From: Pirellulales bacterium
Lineage (GTDB): Bacteria; Planctomycetota; Planctomycetia; Pirellulales; PALSA-1355
Direction: 5' to 3'
DNA length: 64,000 bases
Assembly: GCA_022844125.1 (NCBI GenBank)
Contig: JALHMI010000002.1
Location: forward strand, 193,236 to 257,235
Position 1 is the stretch's first letter, and each line of letters begins with the position of its first letter. The notes beneath the pieces are model-generated. The model was given only the letters and a program-made list of their open reading frames with translations, was not told the origin of the DNA and searched no databases. Shown piece after piece: positions 19,481 to 30,492 of the stretch. The translations under genes were made by a program, and so were the position numbers.

Positions 19481-20914
19481 ATGCGAAGCTCACTGCGATT
19501 GCTGCTGCTGTTCGCCGCCGTGTGTCTATCCGTTTCCGCGCGGGCGGCAGAGGAGCAGACCGAGCTCGACAAGTACATCGCCAGGCCCGATCCGGCGTTT
19601 GCGTGGAACGTAGCGAAGACGATTCCTGGCGACGGCTACACGACGTACTTGATCGATCTCACGTCGCAGACTTGGCGCAGCGAGAAGGATGTCGACAAGC
19701 CGCTTTGGAAGCATTGGCTCACCGTCGTGAAGCCAGACAACCTCAAATATCACACGGCGTTTCTCTACATTGGCGGTGGCAACACCGACGACGAACAGCC
19801 GAACGACGCCACCGAGCGGACGATCGAACTGGCCAAGTACACCGGCTCAATCACGGCCGAACTGTTCACGGTGCCGAACCAGCCGCTCGTGTTCACCGAT
19901 TCAAAGGATGAGAAACGCTATGAGGATAATATCATCGCATACACCCGCGTGAAGTACATGGCCACTCGCGATCCGAGCTGGCTGGTGAGATTGGCGATGG
20001 TAAAAAGCGGCGTTCGGGCGATGGATGCGATGCAGCAGTTCAGCGCGTCGGAAGCGGGCGGCAAGTGGAAGATCGATGACTTTGTCGTGGCCGGCGGTTC
20101 GAAGCGCGGCTGGACGACCTGGCTGGTGGGAGTCGTCGATCCGCGCGTGCGAACCATTATTCCGATCGTGATCGATGCGCTCAACTCGGAGGTGATCACC
20201 CGGCATCACTATGAGGCGTACGGGTTCTTCTCCCCTGCCCTGAACGACTATGTCCGGCACGGGCTGTTCCCCGACAAGATCGGCTCGCCACTGTACCGCG
20301 AGATCCTCGGAATTGAAGACCCCTACAACTATCGGAACCGCGCCCGATTGAAGATTCCCAAGTACATCGTCAACGCCTCGGGCGATCAGTTCTTTTTGCC
20401 TGATAACTCGCAGTTCTATTACGAGGAGCTACAGGCTCCGAAGTGGCTGAGGTATGTCGAGAACGCAAAGCACGACCTGAAGGAAAGCGATGCCCGCGAG
20501 AGCATTGCGTCGTTTTACCTGAGCATCCTGGAAGGTAAAGAGCCGCCGCAGTACACCTGGCAGCGCGAAAGCGACGGCGTGGTGCGCGTGTTTCCCCAAC
20601 AAAAGCCGGATGAAGTGAACCTGTGGCAGGCCACGAATCCCGAGGCGCGGGACTTTCGGCTAGACACCATCGGCAAAGCGTACACGAAAACGCTGCTTAA
20701 GCCCGAGCCGGATGGTTCATATCTCGCCAATGTGAAGCGGCCGCTGAACGGCTACACGGCGTATTTCGTCGAGCTGGTCTACAAAACTGGCCACGCCTAT
20801 CCGCTGAAGTTCACGACGGGAGCGTATGTTGTGCCCGATGTCTTACCCTACACGATGCCGAAGCCGGGCGAACCGGTGAAGGTGGGCGAGCCGCCGAAGA
20901 AGAAAGCCGCTTGA
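19481..20914 (+). CDS. PhoPQ-activated pathogenicity-related (PqaA-type) secreted hydrolase-like protein
   Basis: Signal peptide, YIARPDPAFAWNV...LTSQTWRSEKDVDKPLWKHWL..., and a GGSKRGWTTW nucleophile-elbow-like motif. AAGGAG lies 10 nt upstream of the ATG. Confidence 0.7.
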   Translation: MRSSLRLLLLFAAVCLSVSARAAEEQTELDKYIARPDPAFAWNVAKTIPGDGYTTYLIDLTSQTWRSEKDVDKPLWKHWLTVVKPDNLKYHTAFLYIGGGNTDDEQPNDATERTIELAKYTGSITAELFTVPNQPLVFTDSKDEKRYEDNIIAYTRVKYMATRDPSWLVRLAMVKSGVRAMDAMQQFSASEAGGKWKIDDFVVAGGSKRGWTTWLVGVVDPRVRTIIPIVIDALNSEVITRHHYEAYGFFSPALNDYVRHGLFPDKIGSPLYREILGIEDPYNYRNRARLKIPKYIVNASGDQFFLPDNSQFYYEELQAPKWLRYVENAKHDLKESDARESIASFYLSILEGKEPPQYTWQRESDGVVRVFPQQKPDEVNLWQATNPEARDFRLDTIGKAYTKTLLKPEPDGSYLANVKRPLNGYTAYFVELVYKTGHAYPLKFTTGAYVVPDVLPYTMPKPGEPVKVGEPPKKKAA

Positions 20915-21334
20915 TCACCGCGGCGGAATTGGCGGCGTGTTCACGCCATGCGTTCCACCGTTGCTGCTGATGCCGACGGCCTGCAGGTCGAGATTCGGCA
21001 GCTTCACATCCAGACCGCGAGCGCGCGACTCAAGCGCGAGCTGAAACCACTGGAGTGGGTGGCGGCGTCGCTGCTGGGCTGCCAGGAATGTGGTGACAAC
21101 CAGCTTGCGCGGCAACTCTCCCTTTTCGACAAGCTCGACGATCTCACTGATGTATTGGAACTCCACCGGACGCCGGGCTTTCAGCCCTTTTTGAAGCTGC
21201 GTTTCCAGGTCGAGACCGACCACTCCGCCGCCATCGAACGCAGGCGGAACCGTGAAGCTGGTCTGGGCGTACGCAGTTAATGTCCCATGGTTCCAGGCAA
21301 ATGCGATGGCAATGGCCCACAGGAATCGGCGCAT
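20915..21334 (-). CDS. Hypothetical secreted protein (139 aa), no recognised family
   Basis: ATG preceded by GGGAGAA. Signal-peptide-like MRRFLWAIAIAFAWNHGTLTAYAQ. Its stop codon directly abuts the stop of the convergent PqaA-like gene (20914/20915). Confidence 0.5.
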   Translation of the reverse strand: MRRFLWAIAIAFAWNHGTLTAYAQTSFTVPPAFDGGGVVGLDLETQLQKGLKARRPVEFQYISEIVELVEKGELPRKLVVTTFLAAQQRRRHPLQWFQLALESRARGLDVKLPNLDLQAVGISSNGGTHGVNTPPIPPR

Positions 21335-21591
21335 GTGATTCTCCCGAACGGGGTGGTGCGATATGGGAAGTCGCTTTTAACGCAACGGGCGCACCCGGAC
21401 AAGGCCGGCCGCGAACTTACCCAGACTGACAGTGCTGGACAAGCAACCCGCCGAGCCGCACAATTCGCCGAGTTTTCGTGGCTCCCCAACACCGACTGCT
21501 GGCGGCACTAGCAGATTGCACCTCGACGCGATTCAACTCAAAACCGCGGGGGCCACGAACCTGCGGTCGGCGCTTTGGGTCTGATCCTTTT

Positions 21592-23043
21592 ATGGCTACT
21601 TCGACGAACCTCCCCACCGCCGATCGCGCCGGCTCGCTGAGCGAGTTGCTGAAGGTCGCGGTGCCGCTGATTATCAGCTACACCTCGAGTGCGCTGATGT
21701 ACATCATCGATCGGATGATGTTGAGCTGGGATTCGGTCGAGTCGCTGGCCGCGTCACTGCCCGCCGGCGTGCTGCATTACAACCTGGCCGCGCTGGCGAT
21801 AGGTACGGTTTCGTACGCGAATGCTTTCGTCGGCCAATACGAAGGGGCCGACCAGCATCAACGCGTGGGTCCGGTGATCTGGCAGGGCGTTTATCTGTCA
21901 GTCATCGCGTCGGTGATTCTCGCGTGCTTCATCCCGCTGGCGCCGGCGATGTTCGCCGGGTTCGGTCACGAGGCCAGCATCCTCGCGCTCGAAGTCGACT
22001 ACTTTCGCCTGATGTGTCTGGGAACGTTCCCCCTGCTGCTCGGCACGACGCTGGCCTGTTTCTACAGCGGCCGCGGCAAGACGATCGTGATCATGGTGGC
22101 AAACATCATCGGTACAGTGGTCAATGTCGGGCTCGATTACGTTCTGATCTTTGGCAAATTCGGCGCGCCGCGTTTGGGCATCGAAGGCGCGGCAATCGCC
22201 ACGATTACCGCATTCGCCGTGATTCCGCTGGTTTATATCGGCGTGATGCTCTACCAGGAACGAGGTGGCATCTATCATCTCTGGACCGGCAAACGCTTCG
22301 ATCGTGAATTATTCGGCCGGCTACTGAAGTTCGGCTTTCCGAGCGGCCTGCAGCACTTTTTGGACGTGGCGTGCTTCACGGCGTTTATCCAACTCGTCGG
22401 CAGCCTGGGCACCGAAAAGCTCTCGGCCACGAGCTTGATCTTCAATCTCAATTCGCTGGTATTCGTGCCGATGATGGGGCTGGGCACCGCGGTGACCGCG
22501 CTTGTCGGGCGGCGGATCGGCGAGGGCCGGTCGCAACTCGCGGTGCGCACCACTTGGCTGGCGGCGGCAGTTGGCCTGGCTTACGTGGCCATCTTCTGTT
22601 CGCTCTACCTATTCGCGCCCGAGGCGATTCTGAAGCCCTATGGCGTCGGCCAGCACGACTCCCTCCGCGCGCTGGTCGTGTTTCTCTTAAAGCTGGTAGC
22701 GGTCTACTCGTTTTTCGACGCACTGGCGATCATCTTCAGCTCGGCGATTCGCGGGGCGGGTGATACCCAATTCGCGCTCTTGTTTTCATTCGGCGCAGGT
22801 CTTGTGTTTCTGGTGCTGCCGACCTATATCGCATCGTTTTATGGTGAGGCGGGATTCTTCTATGCTTGGTACGCCGTCACCACGTTCATCACGATCCTGG
22901 GGATCGGGTTCGTTGCCCGTTTTCATCAGGGCAAGTGGATGACGATGCGCGTGATCGAGCACACGCTGCCGGAACTGGAAGGTCATCCGCCGATCGACGA
23001 GGATGAGCCGGAAGGGCGCATGGTGGTGGAAGCGGGAGCGTAG
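21592..23043 (+). CDS. MATE family efflux transporter
   Basis: About 12 predicted TM helices. N-terminal LSELLKVAVPLIISYTSSALMYIIDRMML is typical of NorM/MATE. Start set at ATG 21592. Confidence 0.8.
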   Translation: MATSTNLPTADRAGSLSELLKVAVPLIISYTSSALMYIIDRMMLSWDSVESLAASLPAGVLHYNLAALAIGTVSYANAFVGQYEGADQHQRVGPVIWQGVYLSVIASVILACFIPLAPAMFAGFGHEASILALEVDYFRLMCLGTFPLLLGTTLACFYSGRGKTIVIMVANIIGTVVNVGLDYVLIFGKFGAPRLGIEGAAIATITAFAVIPLVYIGVMLYQERGGIYHLWTGKRFDRELFGRLLKFGFPSGLQHFLDVACFTAFIQLVGSLGTEKLSATSLIFNLNSLVFVPMMGLGTAVTALVGRRIGEGRSQLAVRTTWLAAAVGLAYVAIFCSLYLFAPEAILKPYGVGQHDSLRALVVFLLKLVAVYSFFDALAIIFSSAIRGAGDTQFALLFSFGAGLVFLVLPTYIASFYGEAGFFYAWYAVTTFITILGIGFVARFHQGKWMTMRVIEHTLPELEGHPPIDEDEPEGRMVVEAGA

Positions 23044-23097
23044 CTCGCGGGGCACAGCCCCCCGGGCCTTAAGGAGAATCTGAAGGAGACTCGCGCA

Positions 23098-24471
23098 CTA
23101 GGCCCCCTCGGCCGCGCCTTCGGCGAGGGCCTCCGCATCGCCCGTCAGGTACGAACGGTAACGATATCGAGTTGCGACAAGCGCAAATACGACCGCCGTG
23201 GCGGCCATTAGGGCAGCAAAGAACAGGTAGTAGTTCGTACCGGAGATTCGAGAGTTGCCCGCCTCGTCCTGGATCAGAATGTTGATCATCGCGGTCAGGA
23301 AGTTACCCGCCGCCACAGCCAGCAGCCACAGCGACATCACGACCGACTTCATCTTCGGCGGAGCCTGCGTGTAGGAGAATTCCAGTCCGGTAATCGAAAC
23401 CATGACTTCGCCAGCGGTCATAATCGCGTAAGCCAGGAACTGCCAGTTGATGTGCGGCTTCTGGCCGGCCTGAATCCAGCTTTCGATCAGCGCCGACATG
23501 CAGAAAGACAGCGCGGTCAGCAAGAAGCCGAGGCCCAGCTTGCGCAGCGGAGTGAGCGTGATCACCCTGTTCAGCGCCGGATAGATCACGTACGAGAACA
23601 GAGGAATGAACGCCAGGATCATGATCGGGTTGGCGGTGTGCGTTTGCGCGGCGGTGAGCTGAATGCCAAACCAGTTCAGGTCCATCTTGTCGGCCTGTAG
23701 AATCCAAGCCGAGCCGGTCTGGTCGTACAGCGCCCAGAAGATCGCCACGAAAGAGTAGAGCAGGATCAGGCTGCCCATGATCGAGCGTCCCTCGGGCCCG
23801 AACGCTTCGCGCAGGAAGCCGACGCCGCCGGCCGGTCGATGCGCGAACTTGTAGCGTCCCAGCCAGAAGATAATCGTGGCAATTGCCATGAAGACGCCCG
23901 GTACGCCGAATGCCACGCTCGGGCCATAGTTTGCCAGCAACCACGGAATCAACACGGTCGAAAACATCGACCCGAAGTTGATCGAAAAATAGAACCAGCC
24001 GTAAACCTTCTCAAGCAAGTGCTTGTTGGCCGGTCCGAACTGATCGCCCACGTTGGCCGACACACAGGGCTTGATCCCGCCTGAGCCGACAGCAATCAAA
24101 ATCAGTCCGAGCGCCAAGCCAGAGCGAGTGTCGTCGATGGCTAGTGCCGCGTGACCGGCGCAATAGACAATCGACAGCCAGATGATCGTGCGATACTTGC
24201 CGAGCAACCCGTCCGAGAGCAGCGAACCAAAGATGGGGAAGAAATAAACACCCATCATGAACAGGTGGAACCAACTCTTGGCCTGTTCCTCGGTCATGTA
24301 GTCGGAGTTACCTTGACTATCGAGGAGGTACTTGGTCATGAAAACAACCAAGATCCCGCGCATGCCGTAGAAGCTGAACCGCTCGGCCGCCTCATTGCCT
24401 ACGATGTAGCCGATGCCCGACGGCATGCCCGTAGTGACGACGGGCTCGGTGCGGTATTTTGATCGAAGCAT
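23098..24471 (-). CDS. Proton-dependent oligopeptide transporter (POT/PTR2, DtpT-like)
   Basis: GYIVGNEAAERFSFYGMRGILVVFM matches the PTR2 signature, and the protein is polytopic. Start set at ATG 24471 (MLRSKYRTE...). The upstream 115 codons in the ORF track are Arg-rich and non-membrane. Confidence 0.85.
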   Translation of the reverse strand: MLRSKYRTEPVVTTGMPSGIGYIVGNEAAERFSFYGMRGILVVFMTKYLLDSQGNSDYMTEEQAKSWFHLFMMGVYFFPIFGSLLSDGLLGKYRTIIWLSIVYCAGHAALAIDDTRSGLALGLILIAVGSGGIKPCVSANVGDQFGPANKHLLEKVYGWFYFSINFGSMFSTVLIPWLLANYGPSVAFGVPGVFMAIATIIFWLGRYKFAHRPAGGVGFLREAFGPEGRSIMGSLILLYSFVAIFWALYDQTGSAWILQADKMDLNWFGIQLTAAQTHTANPIMILAFIPLFSYVIYPALNRVITLTPLRKLGLGFLLTALSFCMSALIESWIQAGQKPHINWQFLAYAIMTAGEVMVSITGLEFSYTQAPPKMKSVVMSLWLLAVAAGNFLTAMINILIQDEAGNSRISGTNYYLFFAALMAATAVVFALVATRYRYRSYLTGDAEALAEGAAEGA

Positions 24472-24688
24472 GGAATCTCTGCTGGCGCGGGGTAAGTGCG
24501 GGCGGGGGAACTTCGCGTGGCAAACCGGGGCGGCCGTCTGCGGGTTTAGAAGATACCACCGCTGGCGGAATGAAGCCAGATTGAGCTGCTGAGCCTGGCA
24601 GATCGGGACGGGCCGCCCGTGCCCACAGGAGGCGTGTTGCGTAGAATGGATCGGTTCCATCCATCGCGAATCCGAGACCGTAACGCCC

Positions 24689-26638
24689 ATGCCCACACGT
24701 CGTAGTCGCCGCCGATTTGCCGAGTATCGGCTGGACTTGCGCCAGAAGCGGCGTGAGAAGCAGCCGCCCCCGGTAGACAACCGCCGGTTGCGTCCGGGCG
24801 AGCCGCGCTCCTTCACGCAACTTTTTACCGCGTTCTGGCGACTGCTCGATGGTTACCACGGCGCGGTGATCTTCTCACTCACGACACTCACGATTGGGAC
24901 TCTGCTATCGCTTGTTCCGCCGGTCGCCACAAAACTCGTCATTGACAATGTGCTCTCCGACAAGCCACTCGAGGAACCTTGGTCGAAGTTCTTGCCGACC
25001 ACATCGAATCGCTACGAACTCTTGGCCTGGCTCGCCGGTGGGGTGATCGCGCTGTCGATCATCGAGACTGCGATTCGCCTCTGGGGCCGCTGGCACGCCA
25101 CGCGGACCGTGACGCGAGTCGCCGTGGATACTCGCCGGTTGGCGTTCGAACATGCCGTGCGGCTGCCGCTCGATCGGGTCTATAAGCTCAAGAGCGGCGG
25201 TGTGGCCAGCCTGCTGCGCGATGACGCCGGCAGCGTTTCCGACTTGATCTTCAGCATGCTCTATAACCCCTGGCGGGCGATCATCCAACTCGTCGGCTGC
25301 CTGGTGATTCTGGCGGCCATCGATTGGCGACTTTTGCTCGGGGCGCTCGTGCTGCTGCCGGTGGTGTTCTTCACGCATCGCACCTGGATCGGGCGGATCA
25401 GGCCGATGTATCGCGACATTCGCACCCAGCGGCAGGACATCGACAGCACCGCGACCGAAGCCTTCGCCGGGATGCGCGTGGTCCGCGCGTTTGGCAGGCA
25501 GCGGAGCGAATCGGGCCGCTTCACTCGCAATAACCACTTCATGGCCCGGCAGCAATTACACGTCTGGTGGTGGACCCGAACGATCGAACTGGTCTGGGAA
25601 GTGCTCATTCCGTTGGCCTCGGGCGTTCTTTTGCTCTACGGCGGAATGCAGGTGCTCGAAGGCCAGCTCACGCTTGGCGACTTGATGATGTTCCTGGTTT
25701 ACCTGGCAATGCTGCTGGCGCCGCTCGGCGTCCTGGCCAACAGCGCGGCCGCGTTCCAGAGCAGCCTGGCGGGCCTCGACCGCGTGCTCGACCTCTTGGG
25801 CGAACCGCGCGAGATGTCTGAACGCCGCGGACGAATTCACGTCCGCAAGGATGAGATCGCCGGCCGCGTGACGTTCAGCGGCGTGAGCTTCCACTATCCC
25901 GGCTCCGACGAGTACGTGCTGCGGAACATCGAGCTGGAAGTACGGCCCGGCGAGATGATCGCGCTCGTCGGGCGTAGCGGCGCGGGCAAGACCACGCTCA
26001 CAAACCTGGTCGCGCGGTTTTACGATCCCACGTCGGGCAGCGTCTCGCTCGACGGCATGGACTTGCGCACGATCGACGTGGAAAGTTATCGGCGGATTCT
26101 AGGGATCGTCGAACAGGATGTGTTTCTGTTCGACGGCACTGTGGCCGACAACATCGGCTATGCATCCCGCGGGGCGTCGCAGGAGCAGGTCGAAGCTGCC
26201 GCCAAGGCCGCGAACGCCCACGAATTCATAACGGCTCTCGACCGGGGCTATGAGACGATCATTGGCGAGCGCGGCGTGCGCCTCAGCGGCGGCCAGCGGC
26301 AGCGAATCGCGATCGCTCGGGCGCTGTTGGCTGAGCCGCGAATCCTGATTTTGGACGAAGCCACAAGCAACCTGGACAGCGAGAGCGAGCGGCTGATCCA
26401 GCAAAGCCTGGTGACGCTGATGCAGGGGCGCACTTCGTTCGTCATCGCCCACCGGCTCAGCACCATCGCGCATGCCGACCGAATCGTGGTGATGGACGGC
26501 GGAAGGATCGTGCAGATCGGCACGCACGAAGAACTGCTGGCCAAAGGCGGAGCTTACCGCCAGATGGTCGACATGCAGTCGCTCGGAAGTGACGTGCTCA
26601 CTGGGACTAACGGTCATGCTTCGTGTGACACCGGCTGA
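24689..26638 (+). CDS. ABC exporter, fused permease + ATPase (MsbA/multidrug type)
   Basis: A six-TM N-terminal half, then Walker A GRSGAGKTT, signature LSGGQRQRIAIARAL and Walker B ILILDEATS. Confidence 0.9.
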   Translation: MPTRRSRRRFAEYRLDLRQKRREKQPPPVDNRRLRPGEPRSFTQLFTAFWRLLDGYHGAVIFSLTTLTIGTLLSLVPPVATKLVIDNVLSDKPLEEPWSKFLPTTSNRYELLAWLAGGVIALSIIETAIRLWGRWHATRTVTRVAVDTRRLAFEHAVRLPLDRVYKLKSGGVASLLRDDAGSVSDLIFSMLYNPWRAIIQLVGCLVILAAIDWRLLLGALVLLPVVFFTHRTWIGRIRPMYRDIRTQRQDIDSTATEAFAGMRVVRAFGRQRSESGRFTRNNHFMARQQLHVWWWTRTIELVWEVLIPLASGVLLLYGGMQVLEGQLTLGDLMMFLVYLAMLLAPLGVLANSAAAFQSSLAGLDRVLDLLGEPREMSERRGRIHVRKDEIAGRVTFSGVSFHYPGSDEYVLRNIELEVRPGEMIALVGRSGAGKTTLTNLVARFYDPTSGSVSLDGMDLRTIDVESYRRILGIVEQDVFLFDGTVADNIGYASRGASQEQVEAAAKAANAHEFITALDRGYETIIGERGVRLSGGQRQRIAIARALLAEPRILILDEATSNLDSESERLIQQSLVTLMQGRTSFVIAHRLSTIAHADRIVVMDGGRIVQIGTHEELLAKGGAYRQMVDMQSLGSDVLTGTNGHASCDTG

Positions 26639-26739
26639 ATCGCGGCCCCTGATTATTCTTGCCCGGGCCCCGCGCGGGAAGCTAAGATAACGGCCAGCCG
26701 CATTCGCCCGCCGCGAACCCCCCTGGAGCCTGACGCACG

Positions 26740-28974
26740 ATGCCGTTCGGCCGCAGCAAAACTGCCTTGCTTGTTCTGCTCGCGATTCTCTGCGCGACTT
26801 ATTTTCATGTCGCAGCCGCAGCTGAGCTTCCCGAATTCAACCGCGGCGAGTGGCCCTTCTGCCCGCCCCAGCGCCCCGCCGTCCCGCAGGTGGAGAATCA
26901 AGCCTGGGTCATTAGCCCGATCGACGCCTTCGTCGCGGCGCGATTGGAAGCCAAGGGCCTCAGTCCCAGCTCGCCCGCCGATCGTCTGACGCTCTTGCGT
27001 CGTGTCTCGTTCGATCTCACTGGCCTGCCACCGTCGACTGAGGAGCAGGCGGCATTCCTGTCCGACACGGCCGAGGGCGCTTACGAGCGCGTGGTCGATC
27101 GGTTGCTCGCGTCGCCACGCTATGGCGAGCGCTGGGCGCAACATTGGCTCGATGTGGTGCGTTATGCCGAGACGGATGGGTTCAAGGCTGACGAGTTCCG
27201 GCCCGCGGCACATAAGTACCGCGACTATGTGATTCGCAGTTTCAACGCCGATCTGCCCTACGACCGCTTCATCCGGCAGCAACTGGCCGGCGACGAACTC
27301 GAACCGGAGAATCCGGAAGCAATCGTCGCCACCGGATTGAATCGCCTGTATCCGGACGAGTCGAACGCGGCGGACGTCATGCAGAGGCGGCAGGAAATCC
27401 ATGACAACCTGACCGACACCACGGCGCTCGCGTTCCTGGGGCTCACGGTTGGGTGCGCTCAGTGCCACGATCACAAGTTCGATCCGATCACGCAGCGAGA
27501 CTATTTCCGGCTGCAGGCGTTCTTTGCGACGCTATTGCCGCGAGACGATTTGCCCGTGGCCACGCGCGAGGAGATCGAAGCACACGCCGCGCGACGCACG
27601 GAATGGGAGCTAGCCACCGCTCAAATTCGCGGCGAACTCGATGCGCTCCTGGCCAAGCGCAGATCGAACACGATGCAAAATGCGCTCGAGAAGTTTCGGC
27701 CCGAATTCCGCTCGGCGGTCGAAACGCCTGCCAGCGAGCGGACGTGCTTGCAGCAGCAGATCGCATTCCAGGCGATGCGCTATGTGTCTCCAAAAATGGC
27801 CGGCGTGACAGGCGAGTCGCTGAAGGGGGACGAGAAGCAAAGATTTGAAGAGTTGAGCGCGGAGCTCGCCAAGTTTGACCACCTGAAGCCGGTCGAGCTT
27901 CCCGTCGCGATGGCGGTGAGCGACGCTTCTCCCGACGCTCCTCCGACGCACGTGCTCGCGCTGGGCGACTACCGCAAACCACAGGGCGAAGTGACGCCAG
28001 GTTTTCCGGCGTTCCTCGGTGCCAGCGAACCGGCAATCGCCATTCCGCCGGCCGGGGAGCATACCTCGGGCCGCCGCGCGGCGCTCGCCAACTGGCTATG
28101 CCGCCCCGATCATCCGCTGACCGCCCGCGTGATCGTCAACCGCGTCTGGCAACATCACTTCGGCGTGGGGATCGTGGCCACACCGAACGATTTTGGCGCC
28201 ATGGGCGAACCGCCCACGCATCCCGAGCTACTCGACTGGCTGGCCGTCGAGTTTGTCGAAAGCGGCTGGAGCCTGAAGACGCTGCACAAGCTGATCGTCA
28301 CCTCGGCCACGTACCAGCAGTCGTCGCGTGTGGACGTCGACAATCCTGCCCAGGCACGTGCGCTGGCGGTCGATCGAGAGAACCGTTTGCTCTGGCATGC
28401 CCGCCGGCAGCGGCTCGAAGGAGAGATCGCGCGCGATGCCATGTTGCAAGTCGCGGGCGACCTGAGTGAGACGATGTTCGGACCGAGTGCCCGACCAAAA
28501 CTGCCAACAGGCGTCGGCTCGAAAGCCGTCTGGAAGCCCGACGACGCACTGGAGCAGCAGAACCGCCGCTCGATCTACATCTTTGCCAAGCGCAACTTGC
28601 GTTTTCCGCTGCTGGAAATTTTTGATCAGCCAGACTTACAAATAAGCTGTCCGCAGCGAAGCATGACGACGACCGCGCCGCAAGCGCTCGCGCTACTCAA
28701 CGGCGAGTTCCCGCTCGAGCAAGCGAGTCGCTGGGCGGATCAGCTAATGACTGTTCACGGTGATGACACCGGGGCGATTGTTGGCGCTGCCTGGCGGAGT
28801 GCGTTTGGCCGCGAACCGAGCGGCAATGAGTCGGATGCATCCTGCGCGTACATCCGCAATCAACTACAGGTCCTGGCCGAGACTGGGACAGAATCTCGCG
28901 AGGCCCAGCGCGCAGCCGTGGCTGACTTTTGCCACGCGCTGTTTAATGCGAACGAGTTTCTGTACATCGACTGA
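26740..28974 (+). CDS. DUF1549/DUF1553 (PSD1-type) domain protein
   Basis: SPIDAFVAARLEAKGLSPS...LLRRVSFDLTGLPPSTEEQAAF (DUF1549) and CAQCHDHKFDPITQRDYFRLQAFF (DUF1553). This is the usual Planctomycete partner of DUF1501. Confidence 0.85.
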   Translation: MPFGRSKTALLVLLAILCATYFHVAAAAELPEFNRGEWPFCPPQRPAVPQVENQAWVISPIDAFVAARLEAKGLSPSSPADRLTLLRRVSFDLTGLPPSTEEQAAFLSDTAEGAYERVVDRLLASPRYGERWAQHWLDVVRYAETDGFKADEFRPAAHKYRDYVIRSFNADLPYDRFIRQQLAGDELEPENPEAIVATGLNRLYPDESNAADVMQRRQEIHDNLTDTTALAFLGLTVGCAQCHDHKFDPITQRDYFRLQAFFATLLPRDDLPVATREEIEAHAARRTEWELATAQIRGELDALLAKRRSNTMQNALEKFRPEFRSAVETPASERTCLQQQIAFQAMRYVSPKMAGVTGESLKGDEKQRFEELSAELAKFDHLKPVELPVAMAVSDASPDAPPTHVLALGDYRKPQGEVTPGFPAFLGASEPAIAIPPAGEHTSGRRAALANWLCRPDHPLTARVIVNRVWQHHFGVGIVATPNDFGAMGEPPTHPELLDWLAVEFVESGWSLKTLHKLIVTSATYQQSSRVDVDNPAQARALAVDRENRLLWHARRQRLEGEIARDAMLQVAGDLSETMFGPSARPKLPTGVGSKAVWKPDDALEQQNRRSIYIFAKRNLRFPLLEIFDQPDLQISCPQRSMTTTAPQALALLNGEFPLEQASRWADQLMTVHGDDTGAIVGAAWRSAFGREPSGNESDASCAYIRNQLQVLAETGTESREAQRAAVADFCHALFNANEFLYID

Positions 28975-28976
28975 GT

Positions 28977-30431
28977 ATGAAACAAAAGCCAGCCAGAACG
29001 CATCTTCGCGTACCGCACTTCGCTCCAGCCGTCTCACGGCGGGACTTTCTGGCCCGCGCGGGAGCTGGATTCGGCAGCGTCGCGCTTGCATCGCTACTGT
29101 CAGACTCCGCTGCCCGAGCGACCTCCCAAGGGACTCAGCCCGGTGGACGGTGCACGCACTTCCCCGCGCGAGCCAAAAGCGTCATCTGGTGTTTCTTGGA
29201 CGGCGGACCAAGCCACATCGACCTGTTCGATCCCAAGCCGGAACTGGAAAAACTTGCGGGCCAGCCACTGCCTGACAGCTTCGATCGTCCGCTCACCGCG
29301 ATGGGCAAGACGGCCTTCACGCCGCTGATGGGCACCAAACGCAAGTGGGCTCAGCACGGCGAGTCCGGCTTATGGATCAGCGATTGGTATCCGGAAATCG
29401 CCACCTGTGCCGATGAGCTGGCTGTGATTCGCAGTTGCCACGCGGATGGACTGAACCACGTCGGCAGCGTTTGCCAGATGAACACCGGCAGCATTCTCGG
29501 CGGCCGACCGTCGCTCGGATCGTGGTGTGTGTATGGTCTCGGAAGCGAAAGTCGCGACCTGCCCGGCTTTGTGGTGTTGACCGATAGCGGTAACGATCCG
29601 CCGGGCGGAAACCGCAACTGGGGCACCGGCTTCATGCCCGTGGCGTATCAAGGCACGAAATTCCGCGACGGCAAAACGCCAATCCTGCATGTCACGCCAC
29701 CCGAGTCGCTCGCCGGCACACGGCAGCGGCAAAAGCTCGACTTTATCCAGCAACTCAACCACGCACACCAAATCGGCCGCACCGACGACGACCGGCTGGA
29801 AGCCCGCATCGCCAGCTACGAACTCGCGTTCCGGATGCAGGCAACAGCCCCCGAAGCAGTGGACTTAGCCTGCGAATCTGCCGAAACGCGCGCGTTGTAC
29901 GGCCTGGACGACAAAGATACCAACCGCAACGGTGCAAACTGCCTGCTCGCTCGACGGTTGGTCGAACGCGGCGTCCGATGTGTGCAGATCTATATGGGTT
30001 CAGGCAGCAAGTGGGACGCCCACGCAGACATGGAAGGCAACCATTCGGCTCGCTGCCGAGAAAGCGACCGCCCGATTGCCGGGCTGCTCAAGGACCTGCG
30101 GCGGCGCGGCATGCTAGACGATACGCTGGTCGTGTGGGGCGGTGAGTTCGGCCGAACCCCGATGAGCGAAAGCGGCAACGGCCGTGATCACAATCCCTGG
30201 GGCTTCACCGTCTGGATGGCCGGCGGCGGCGTGCGCGGCGGGACTGTGTACGGCAAGACCGACGAGATCGGCCTCTATGCCATTGAAGGGAAGGCCCACG
30301 TCAACGATTTGCACGCCACGATCCTGCACCTCCTGGGGCTCGATCACGAACAGCTCACGCTGATGCACAACGGCCGCGCGGAACGACTAACCGGTGTGGC
30401 CGGGCGGGCCATTACCGAAATCCTCGCCTAG
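28977..30431 (+). CDS. DUF1501 (sulfatase-fold) protein with a Tat signal
   Basis: SRRDFLARAGAGFGSVALASLL is a Tat signal. FLDGGPSHIDLFDPKP and DHNPWGFTVWMAGGG are typical of DUF1501. It starts 2 nt after the DUF1553 gene's stop. Confidence 0.85.
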   Translation: MKQKPARTHLRVPHFAPAVSRRDFLARAGAGFGSVALASLLSDSAARATSQGTQPGGRCTHFPARAKSVIWCFLDGGPSHIDLFDPKPELEKLAGQPLPDSFDRPLTAMGKTAFTPLMGTKRKWAQHGESGLWISDWYPEIATCADELAVIRSCHADGLNHVGSVCQMNTGSILGGRPSLGSWCVYGLGSESRDLPGFVVLTDSGNDPPGGNRNWGTGFMPVAYQGTKFRDGKTPILHVTPPESLAGTRQRQKLDFIQQLNHAHQIGRTDDDRLEARIASYELAFRMQATAPEAVDLACESAETRALYGLDDKDTNRNGANCLLARRLVERGVRCVQIYMGSGSKWDAHADMEGNHSARCRESDRPIAGLLKDLRRRGMLDDTLVVWGGEFGRTPMSESGNGRDHNPWGFTVWMAGGGVRGGTVYGKTDEIGLYAIEGKAHVNDLHATILHLLGLDHEQLTLMHNGRAERLTGVAGRAITEILA

Positions 30432-30492
30432 GCTGAGGGCGCTGGAGTCGAGCTGCCCGAAGTATTGTCTCCGAGAGTAACTGAGCGACTAT

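Noticed and set aside
23044-23097. Weak hairpin GGGGC-ACA-GCCCC (23049..23061) between the convergent MATE and POT genes, as a terminator.
   Set aside because: The stem is only 5 bp with no U-tract. That is too weak to call as a feature.
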